In this document: piece after piece, positions 39,631 through 50,049 of the stretch
Layout: every line of letters starts with the position of its first letter
Position numbering within the stretch: position 1 is the stretch's first letter
Translations under genes and position numbers: made by a program
Notes under the pieces: generated by a model
Told to the model about the DNA's origin: nothing
The model's input: only the letters and a program-made list of their open reading frames with translations
The model's database searches: none
Assembly (NCBI RefSeq): GCF_032444005.1
Contig: NC_091290.1
Span: 14,074,001-14,138,000 of the forward strand
DNA: 64,000 bases
Origin: Ranitomeya imitator
Lineage: Eukaryota
Reading direction: 5' to 3'

Positions 39631-40304
39631 ATTGCAAGGCTCGTTAAAAGGTCAATAATGACTGTTAGGATTGCTCCTTCTAATAGGTGGCACTAGAGTT
39701 TTAGTCCTCTTCCTCTCTGAAGAGACAGTTTGCATTTATCCCGGAGGAGCACACATGGCTTATAAGTCTCCTCATACTGGCATATCACTCTCTACAAGGT
39801 GAAACCGTGCCCCCTTCGATCCCATTTTTCCAAGTGTCTGATCTAGTGCGTTCCTGAGCCATAGGGCAGCGGGTACCCACAGCCATAATCTGTGATGTAT
39901 TCAGCCACGTGCTCTCGCTGCTGCTGTGGTTTATTCCTAACCCCCCGACCTTACAAAAATCCATATTCAATCGTCATCATAACCCAGCGGCCGCTTTATG
40001 GATTGCAGCTCGTCCTCGCCGTTAATCATTGACCGCTGTAAAAGCTAATCAATAACTCCAAATTCTTCATAAATGCACAATGATGGCAATCAACCAGCGT
40101 TTATGTGACTTCGTTATGTCGCTTCGTGCTCGTGCCGGTTGGGGAGAGGGCGCAGGGAGGACCCGGCGTTCTTTAGAAACTTCACAGCTGACATTTCTGA
40201 TGAATTTCTTCTTCCACACGGCTTTGGTGTTCGGGGACATTTTGCAACTGGTGTCGAAAGGGCCGCACATTTTGAGTTTGGGGTTGTGTAATGGGTCACA
40301 GTTT

Positions 40305-40549
40305 ATCTATTACATTTATTATATATCACCATTAATTCCACAGCGCTTTACATGCATTCTCATCACTGTCCCCATCGGGGCTCACAACCTACATTCCCTA
40401 TCATCATGTTTTTGGAGTATGGAAGGAAACCGGAGGAAACTTGTGCAAACACGGGAAGAAGATACAAACTCCTTGTAGATATTGTTGTTGGTGGGATTTG
40501 AACCCGGGTCAGCAGTGTTGCAATACTACAGCGCTGACTACTGAGCCCC
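40305..40549 (-). mobile_element. tRNA-derived SINE with an L2-like 3' tail
   Basis: B-box GGTTCAAATCC (40494-40504), A-box-like GGCTCAGTAG near 40540; tail 40325-40354 matches the L2 3' end at 50722-50751 at 25/30 positions. Confidence 0.85.
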
Positions 40550-40565
40550 TGAGCGGTGCAAACCT

Positions 40566-41927
40566 CTGAGCCAGGGTACGGGGCTGACTCTGTGAGCCAG
40601 GGTACGGGGCTGACTCTGTGAGCCAGGGTACGGCGCTGACTCTGTGAGCCAGGGCACGGCGCTGACTCTGTGAGCCAGGGTACGGCGCTGACTCTGTGAG
40701 CCAGGGTACGGGGCTGACTCTGTGAGCCAGGGTACGGGGCTGACTCTGTGAGCCAGGGTACGGGGCTGACTCTGTGAGCCAGGGTACGGGGCTGACTCTG
40801 TGAGCCAGGGTACGGGGCTGACTCTGTGAGCCAGGGTACGGGGCTGACTCTGTGAGCCAGGGTACGGGGCTGACTCTGTGAGCCAGGGTACGGCGCTGAC
40901 TCTGTGAGCCAGGGTACGGCGCTGACTCTGTGAGCCAGGGTACGGGGCTGACTCTGTGAGCCAGGGTACGGGGCTGACTCTGTGAGCCAGGGTACGGGGC
41001 TGACTCTGTGAGCCAGGGTACGGCGCTGACTCTGTGAGCCAGGGCACGGCGCTGACTCTGTGAGCCAGGGTACGGCGCTGACTCTGTGAGCCAGGGTACG
41101 GGGCTGACTCTGTGAGCCAGGGTACGGGGCTGACTCTGTGAGCCAGGGTACGGCGCTGACTCTGTGAGCCAGGGTACGGCGCTGACTCTGTGAGCCAGGG
41201 TACGGCGCTGACTCTGTGAGCCAGGGTACGGGGCTGACTCTGTGAGCCAGGGTACGGGGCTGACTCTGTGAGCCAGGGTACGGGGCTGACTCTGTGAGCC
41301 AGGGTACGGGGCTGACTCTGTGAGCCAGGGTACGGGGCTGACTCTGTGAGCCAGGGTACGGGGCTGACTCTGTGAGCCAGGGTACGGCGCTGACTCTGTG
41401 AGCCAGGGTACGGCGCTGACTCTGTGAGCCAGGATACGGGGCTGACTCTGTGAGCCAGGGTACGGGGCTGACTCTGTGAGCCAGGGTACGGCGCTGACTC
41501 TGTGAGCCAGGGTACGGGGCTGACTCTGTGAGCCAGGGTACGGCGCTGACTCTGTGAGCCAGGGCACGGCGCTGACTCTGTGAGCCAGGGTACGGGGCTG
41601 ACTCTGTGAGCCAGGGTACGGGGCTGACTCTGTGAGCCAGGGTACGGCGCTGACTCTGTGAGCCAGGGTACGGCGCTGACTCTGTGAGCCAGGGTACGGG
41701 GCTGACTCTGTGAGCCAGGGTACGGGGCTGACTCTGTGAGCCAGGGTACGGCGCTGACTCTGTGAGCCAGGGTACGGCGCTGACTCTGTGAGCCAGGGTA
41801 CGGCGCTGACTCTGTGAGCCAGGGTACGGCGCTGACTCTGTGAGCCAGGGTACGGCGCTGACTCTGTGAGCCAGGGTACGGCGCTGACTCTGTGAGCCAG
41901 GGTACGGCGCTGACTCTGTGAGCCACC
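40566..41927 (-). repeat. 26-bp satellite (TGGCTCACAGAGTCAGC(C/G)CCGTACCC)n, about 52 copies, abutting the SINE 5' end
   Basis: Read directly; 26-aa periodic ORFs; unit aligns to the adjacent SINE start GGCTCAGTAGTCAGCGCTGTAG. Confidence 0.95.
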
Positions 41928-42287
41928 AGGCAGGCTACAGTTACAGTGTTTTATGCTGTACGGATCACCATCATGACTCTGGCGCCCCAAATAGCATAAT
42001 TTGCAGAGAAGTGGCAAAATATAGAAAAACTAAATTTTCGTAAACGTGGTGCTATAACCTTTTACCGCACCTCCAATATTATATTTTTTGGTATTATAGG
42101 AGTAGTATAATAATACTTTATAATGACAGAGCTTCTTTGTACTTTGACATAAAAAAATCATCTCAACAAATAATTCTTCTCTTTTAACGAAGTCAATTTC
42201 CCACTTTTATTAAAACAAACAAAAAAGAAACAACAAAAAATCTATTTATCCAATTTATGTGGGATTTTCTGAAGCCAGAGCTGCAGC

Positions 42288-42498
42288 GTCTGTCATAACG
42301 AGACAACCTGCTGAAATCTATTGTCTTCACTTACTCTACAACATCAGGAAAAAAAAAATAAAACAAAAAAATAAATAAAATTAATATATATATATATTTT
42401 ATATATATATTTTTTTTTTTATTTGTTTTATTTTTTTTTTCCTGATGTTGTAGAGTAAGTGAAGACAATTGATTTCAGCAGGTTGTCTCGTTATGACA

Positions 42499-42501
<3 letters not shown>
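42288..42501. repeat. ~214-bp near-perfect palindrome with an A/T-rich centre, followed by a (TA)n(CATA)n microsatellite to about 42553
   Basis: GTCTGTCATAACGAGACAACCTGCTGAAATC... is mirrored by ...GATTTCAGCAGGTTGTCTCGTTATGACAGAC. Confidence 0.92.
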
Positions 42502-42534
<33 letters not shown>

Positions 42535-44297
42535 CATACATACATACATACATACTGCTTTTGGAAACTGTCAAGAAGCTGCTGTTGATGGAACTTGTTT
42601 TGCAATTCTCCGTTCTTTATTCTAATTATCAGTTGTGTGATCAGCTTTTTTTTTATCCCAAAAAGTTCTGTAATATACCAATCACATCTACAGCCCCGTT
42701 CACATTAAGAAATGATTGCTTTTCCATAGCAGTACAGAGACACAACAGTATAAGATCAGTCAACAGCAGGTTGCTGATGGTTTCCTTATGCATATTGGGG
42801 TTTTTTCTATTCGGAATGAAACAAACCGAACAATAAGTGCAGAAAGTGAAGAGATACACGACAAAGGGGCAGACATTTTTTGACTTGTTCCTTGTGTAGC
42901 TTCGCTTTTTTTTCTTTTTCTTAAAATGACTCATGCGTGGGCCGTTTACAGAATTGCAATTTGTTTTTTTTGAGAAACAAACATCTCACTAAGGGGTTAA
43001 ATGTAGTCGACCTGTGACTAAGGGAAGTAATGAACAAAGACTGAAGTGACAGTTCTGCAAAATAAAAAAAACCCGTCAGATGCCGCATACCCCCGAATCA
43101 GCCGCCCTTGGAAATGCACAGACCGCGCCAAAGCGATCGCTCGGGAAGTGGAGGCGGTTATTCGAAAACCTCCATTCTGGATGGATCATGTTTGTGTGTA
43201 ATACTGAAGATTACTTCATCAGCCTCCAGTATGTTCTGCAAAGGTCAAAACCGTCTCCTATAAAAAAAGAGGAAGAAATCAGCGGTAAGTATTGTTTTTA
43301 TTTTTTTTTAAGATGTATTGCCAAAAAAGAATCGACCGACGAGTCCTGAGATAAAGAAGGGGCACTCTGTTGCAACTAATCAGATTGCAGCCATTGTTGT
43401 TTTTTTTTTTTTTTTTTTCCCGCAGGACAACCTCTTTCTATACAGTGTATGGGCACCAGAGAGGATCGCCCCTCTATTCGAGACCCCCTCCTATTAGCCT
43501 GTACGCTGAAGAACTCCGTCTGACCATAAACAAACCGATCATCCATTTTTGTTTACATTTGCGTTTTTTTTTTTTTTTTATGTAACTGCCGACTCCGACT
43601 ACACAGGGTTTGTTTGTAGTCTGTATCCATGGAAACAGGTCTGCATAGAACATGCAGATACAAAACAATGTGGAATTTGTAATTAAAAGTTACTTAACTA
43701 TTTATTTTTATTTTTTTGTATTCTATGTGTACTGGAGCAATACATTAAATTGCCCTTTAAATAATTCTGTCTTAGTGCTGTTGTGTGTTGTTTTTTTTCT
43801 TTTTTTTTTTATTGGGGCCGGTCACAAGGATGCTTGAACCTTCATCTGGCTTTTAGGCTTCAGGCTAAAGAGCGAATTACAGCTCTAATAAGCCTCCTCT
43901 TGGGAATATAACATTTCATTATTTTTTTTTTTTCCCTGAAAGTGTAATTGGCATTGGGACATGTTCCATACAGATGCAACATATGGCGCCACATGGAGTC
44001 TCCGCAGCTCTGCAATGCTCTGCTATAGGGACTCAATGCAGCCTCTGTGGACGTGGATCTGTTTAAAAAAAAAAAAATATATATATATATATATAATTCC
44101 ATCAAAATCCATTATTTGTAATATTTTGCCCAAGCATTATTTTTTGCGTGTTTTTCACATCCCATACCCTAAAAACAGCTGCTGCAGAACATCATAACAC
44201 GAGACTCCGCTGCTGCAGAACATCTGAACGCACACGCCTCAGCTGCTGCAGAAGATCCTGGCTCACTCCTTAGCCGCTGCGTTATCATACACTGTTA

Positions 44298-44639
44298 GGC
44301 TGTGTTCACATGCAGCGTTTTTTTTATTAATATTATTCATAATAAAAGCTGTCAGTACCAGAAAAATCTCCGAGATCTCAAGAATCTCATGCACTCGCTC
44401 GCTTTTTTTTCGTAACTAAATTTGGAAAACCGCTGCGGGTTTTTTTTTTTTTTTTTTTTTTTTAAACTGCAGCATGTCAATTCTTTCTGCATTTTTGCAG
44501 CATTTTTTTTTCACCCATAGAAAGCAATGAGAATGAGCAAAAAAAATAAAAATATTTTTGATTAATAAAATTAACTAATTAGTTTACTACAAAGAAAGCT
44601 GAAAAAAAATGCATCAAAATGCTGCGTGTGAACATAGCC
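44298..44639. mobile_element. PIF/Harbinger-type MITE
   Basis: TIRs GGCTGTGTTCACATGCAGC / GCTGCGTGTGAACATAGCC; TTA TSD. Confidence 0.85.
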
Positions 44640-44731
44640 TTAATGTTATTAATTCTTTTTTGCAGGTTCTCTCTTTCCCTCGTTCACTCCCGTACATCGC
44701 TGCCACGTCTGGCGCTCACCCTCCTGCCCGC

Positions 44732-44901
44732 ATGACTGGGAGTCAGACCCTCCTGCCGTACTTTACGGTGCAGTTGACCAAGATGGGAACGTTCCGGCGC
44801 CCTCGGCCTCGCTTCATGAGCTCCCCGGCGCTCAGCGATTTACCGCGCTTTTATGCCGGCAGACCGGCCGCGCAGCTGAATTCCAGCGCAATGTGGAACA
44901 G
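44732..44901 (+). CDS. prr5l: Proline-rich protein 5-like (Protor-2), coding exon 1 (exon acceptor at 44666; ATG at 44732)
   Basis: MTGSQTLLPYFTVQLTKMGTFRRPRPRFMSSPALSDLPRF...WN matches the recalled human PRR5L KMGSFRRPRPRFMSSPVLSDLPRF; acceptor TTTTTTGCAG|, donor AG|GTACAG in phase 2. Confidence 0.92.
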
Positions 44902-45221
44902 GTACAGTGACATACAATATGGCCGCCATTCCAGCTTTCCCAAACTCCTGAATGACAGATCTCAGAAATCCCTCCGCTGTATAGTACCACTGTGCGGCAC
45001 CTCGGTGGGAGCAGTAATGGTGCCCAACAAGGCCGTCCTCCGAGATCAGAACCCGGGGACGCTACGGTGAACCTGAATGTGCATGTACCCATCCCCCCTC
45101 CGATACCCGCTCTTGTGTTTTTATATTTAGGATTCTAAATCTGAGCATTAATCCCGCAGATAATCCTATATCTGACCTCCAAAGATATTCCCTTCTCTTT
45201 TTCCTTTACTTCTTGCTTTAG

Positions 45222-45564
45222 AGGGGTATTCTCATCTCCAAGATCCCATCCCAATGTGTAGTAGTTGTAATAATAATAATATTAGAAATGTAGTATAGTT
45301 CTTCTGATAAGCTATGTGGCTTACCCCATGTGCAGGGCATTGCACTAGCTTAGGTATCCATGGTTGTAATCATGTATGTGGTTGTAACCATGGATACCCA
45401 AGCTAGTGCAATGCCCTGCACATGGGGTAAGCCACATAGCTTATCAGAAGAACTATACTACATTTCTAATTGGAGGGGTTTGTTAATATTATTATATATA
45501 TAATATTATTATTTTTACCTCCTAGTACTCATTGGGATAGGATTTTGGAGACAGGAATACCCCT
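45222..45564. mobile_element. Kolobok/T2-type MITE with a ~190-bp internal palindrome (45281-45470)
   Basis: TTAG|AGGGGTATT ... AATACCCCT|TTAA; internal arms are almost perfectly complementary. Confidence 0.85.
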
Positions 45565-46222
45565 TTAATGAGGAAATGAAAGCATCTAATTCAAACAATG
45601 TTGAAATACAGGTTTAGCGTCCAAGTGCGGCACATGATTGGGTTCATTGGTCTATTGGGCATTTACCCTGAAGAGTATAAGAGTCTGTTAATATGTTGCT
45701 GACAATTTTCTTTGTTACATCCATTTTTAGGAGCTCAACCTTGACCTCCTATCACTTCTTAAAGGGGTTGTTTGGGTTTGAAAACTTTAATTTCAACTGC
45801 CTACCTTACTGAGTGAATAGAGGAAGGCCCTTTATTCAGGACCCTCAGAAAAAAGTGGCTACAAAGAGTATCTCTTGGTCTGGAGGACCTGGTCCGTGCA
45901 TTACTCTATGGAAACTGCAATACTTAATTTCCCCTGTGGAGGCACTGCAGGGAAATGTAACACTTGCAGCTGATCGTTGCAGAAAAAGCTGATTGAATGC
46001 AATAGAAAAAAAAACAGCCCATGAGAGGTGCTATTTCTTAAAAAGGAGGCCCTTTTATACTATTGGACACACTTTATTTTTAATTGGGGGCCTCAATAGG
46101 CCGTGGCTTCTAAGTTTTCTGTCTGTTGTTAGTTATTTCTTCTATTTCTCACCACATTTATGCTACTCAGCTGTTTTGGGACAGATGTCACATACTGAAT
46201 ATTTAGTGGTTTCCTTCCTCAG

Positions 46223-46303
46223 CGTGCAGAACGCAGTCATCAACGTGTTCAAAGGAGGAGGCCTGCAAGCTAACGAACTCTACTCCCTTAACGAGAACAT
46301 CAG
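46223..46303 (+). CDS. prr5l: PRR5L coding exon 2 (S-VQNAVINVFKGGGLQANELYSLNENI-R)
   Basis: 81 nt, AG|...|GT, phase 2/2; matches recalled VQTAVINVFKGGGLQSNELYALNENIR. Confidence 0.95.
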
Positions 46304-47232
46304 GTATGGTGTAGAGGGGCCCAGCTGCGAGCTACAAGGTCAACCCCACAACCCTAACCACAATATCACACGGCCGTCGTTTCTCACACTCACCCGCTGC
46401 ATTATCGCAATTCTCACACTGAACTGTCAGGTTCACACACAAACACTGGCTTTAATAACTTCTTCACGAAGCTTAAAGGAACTGTCCATTGCCATAAATA
46501 TGTCTTTTATTTTTACCTGGTGTAAACGCCGCTGTTCTCCTGAATCCGGCGACGTTTTTCTTTTCTTCCTGCTCCTCTTCATTCCTGAGATACGGCCTCC
46601 TCTTCCCTGTAGATAAATCTAGTTGTCTTAGCAAAAGGGGCGTGTCCTCAACTCTTCTCTGTGGGTTTTTTGAGTAGTCACACCCTGTTGGCTTACAAGA
46701 CCAAATTTATATACAGTGAGGAGAGGGTCATATCTCGGGAACGGAAAGGCGCAGAAACGAAAGAAAAACATCGCCGGATTCAGGAGAACAGCGACATTTA
46801 TTATGGGGGGGGGGGGGGGTGATAAAATCTTTTTTGTCAGGTCCTCTTTAATTAACATGATCAGATGTTAAGAATAAAGCTTCTCTTATTTCAGGTTGAT
46901 ATTTTTTTTCCCCTGGAAATGGCTCTAATAAAATAATAATCTGTCATCAGGAACTTGGCGATGGTTTCCAATACCTGTGTTTAAAAATTGAGATAATAAT
47001 GAATAAAGGAAAAGGATGAGCAAATATGATTTTACAGAATATTTTTTTGTTAATAATATTAATGTTTAAGATTAATTTCTGTAAAGTTTAAGCATCATTC
47101 CAAAGTTACTTGCAAAGTGTCTGAAGTTTTGCTATGACTGTCCGCCGGTTGTATTGATGAGTAAAACTGAAAATAGGTGGGGAAAGTGTTAATGAATCGG
47201 AAGGTGTAAGGGTAGGAAAAAGTAAAAAAAAA

Positions 47233-49276
47233 TCTAATATATAAAGCTGAATGTGTGTGTGTGTATGTATGTGTGTATGTATGTCTGGGATTGGCATCTG
47301 CACCGTCGCAGCTACAATCACAAAATTTTGCACAGTCACACGTCTGGACCATGAGAGCGACATAGGCTATGTTGTGAGGTGAAATTTTAACCCCGCGCGT
47401 TCCAATTCACCAAACAATTTTGCCCCTATCTACATAATGGGGAAAAAGTGAAAGGAAAAGTGTTGGAGGCAAATTGACAGCTGCCAGATGTGAACAAGGG
47501 GGACTTAAAGAATGAGAGCGATGGCGCCAAAGAGTATATACCGTACAGTTGCTAAGGTGGGGCCCAGACATGGGATACTCACCACACACGGGGATATGAA
47601 CACACACAAAATGCGCCACACACTACCACGTGCTTGAACACATATTACCCTCAGCACACATTTTACCACAAATACACCAACCTCGCCACATAAAAGTCGA
47701 AACACAAAAGTCGCTGCTCAAAACTCGCCACATGCAAAAACTAGGCTCTTGCAAAACTCGCCACAAGTGCAAAACTCGCCACAAGTGCAAAACTCGCCAC
47801 ACGCAAAACTTGCACACGCGGAAAAATTGCCACATGCACAAAAGTTGCAACACATGCAAAAGTTGCCTCACACAAAACTTGCACATACTCAAAAGGCACC
47901 ACACATAAAACTCGCCACGCGCAAAACTCGCCATGCGCAAAACTTGCTGCACACAACTTGCTACACTAACCTGTCACATGCAACTCGACACACAAAAAGT
48001 TGCTACACGCATGTCGCCACACAAAACTCATCTCACAAAAGTCGCTACATGCATGTCGCCACACACAACTCAACACACACAACTTGACAGACGAAACTCG
48101 CCCTAAAACACACACAAGTCTGGTATTAGCCTTCAAAAATAAAAATCTGATTAATAAGCAGACAAACTACAACAAATGTACCAAATAGGAAATCCGGCAG
48201 CTGTCAGTCACATGACCTGTCTATTATGTGTATGTGTGAGATAATAAATACTGCCAGGGGGAGGGCTTCCTGTTGGCTGGGGATTTATCAGGCTGCCAAT
48301 TTAGCTTACAAATACTGAGGTAAAAATACTGAGCAAATAATGTGTGAACAAGGTCTAATACAGGAGGAGATGACACACAGGTATATACTATATACAGGGG
48401 AGATGACACACAGATATATACTATATACAGGAGAGATGACACAGGTATATACTATATAGAGGAGAGATGACACACAGGTATATAATATATACAGAAGGAG
48501 ATGGCATACAGATATATACTATATACAGGAGGAGATGACACACAGGTATATACTATATACAGGAGAGATGACACACAGGTATATACTATATACAGGAGAG
48601 CTGACACACAGGTATATACTATATAGAGGAGATGACATACAAGTACATATATATACAGGAGGAGATGACACACAGGTATATACTATATACAGGAGAAGAT
48701 GACACAGGTATATACTATATACAGGAGAAGATGACACAGGTATATACTATATACAGGAGGAGATGACATACAGGTATATGCTATATATAGAAGATGACAT
48801 GCAGGTATATACTATATACAGGAGGAGATGACACACAGATATATACTATATACAGGGGAGATGACACACAGGTATATACTATATACAGGAGGAGATGACA
48901 TACAGGTATATACTATATATAGAAGATGACATGCAGGTATATACTATATATAGGGGAGATGACACACAGCAGGTATATACTATATACAGGGGAGATGACA
49001 TACAGGTGTATACTATATATAAGGGAGATGACAAACATGTATATACTGAGGTGATGAGGTGAAAATGAGAGGTGTGAGGTGAAAATGAGAGGAGTGAGGA
49101 AAAATAGTGGAGTGATCAGAAAATGACAGATGTGAGGTTGAAATTACAAGTGTTAGGGGGGAATGAGAGGAGTGAGGGAGAAAATGAGAGGCGTGATGGG
49201 AAAATAAGAGAAGTGAGGTGTTATAACTAACCACAGATTTTTACTATGCCCAGGCAACGCCGGGCTCTTCAGCTAG
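47233..49276 (+). mobile_element. Non-autonomous Helitron (~2.0 kb) with internal tandem repeats (47700-48110, 48360-49050)
   Basis: Inserted between A and T; 5' TCTAATATATAAAG; 3' hairpin GCCCAGGCAACGCCGGGC (49248-49265) followed by CAGCTAG|T; no TSD. Confidence 0.88.
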
Positions 49277-49557
49277 TAAATAAATAAAAATAATGTAAAA
49301 GACAGCAATATATAATATATATTGATCATTCTAAAATCCAGGAGATTCTAGCAGATACAAAGAGCAAATGGTTGACCAAGACCCAGTGTATCACCATTGG
49401 TATAGCAGCAGAAGGGTGCACTTAATTTTTAAAGAGTACCGGAAAAACTTCCAAAAACTGAGCTACGACCCACTAAGGGTATGTGCACACGTTAATTTTT
49501 GCCGCAGAAATTTTTTTCATCCCTTTGTAAGAAAAATGCCGGCCTGGCCCTTTAAAT

Positions 49558-49719
49558 CAGAGGTCCCCAACTCCAGTCCTCAAGGCCCACCAACAGGTCA
49601 TGTTTTCAGGATTTCCTTTGCATTGCACAGGTGATGCAATTATTACCTGGGCAAGACTAAGGAAATCCTGAAAACATGACATGTTGGTGGGCCTTGAGGA
49701 CTGGAGTTGGGGACCCCTG
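49558..49719. mobile_element. 162-bp palindromic hAT MITE
   Basis: CAGAGGTCCCCAAC ... GTTGGGGACCCCTG; exact 8-bp TSD CTTTAAAT; near-perfect fold-back throughout. Confidence 0.93.
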
Positions 49720-50049
49720 CTTTAAATCACACGATGCCATCGAACGTCTCCGCATATTCCGCTAGCATTTCTCATCGGCGCTCGCTCAGCCCCGCGTTCA
49801 GCGAAAAAATCTGGACCTGTCTAAACGGGTGCAATCATCCTCAGACTCTGGGCCAAGAAGGATTATTTACAGCCGACAGAATGTGATTGTAAAGCCCCGA
49901 GCTTCGTGCACCTGTCACCGTGACTTAAAGTGCAGCTCTCCAATGTCTCCACCCCCCGTATATTATTAGAATTAATCGGCTCTAATTAGACATCCTAACA
50001 TGCAGACTGAAAGTAAAAAGGGCATCCAGAAAAAAACAAACCCTCTACC

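Larger units (their letters stand above)
38539..39810 (+). mobile_element. Retrozyme-like non-autonomous element (~320-bp monomer plus ~45-bp terminal redundancy), split by a hAT-like insertion
   Basis: AAGTCTCCTCATACTGGC...TCACTCTC(C/T)ACAAGG(A/T)GAAACC occurs at 38539 and 39764; spacing after removing the insertion and one TSD is 322 bp; a hammerhead core lies in between. Confidence 0.6.
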
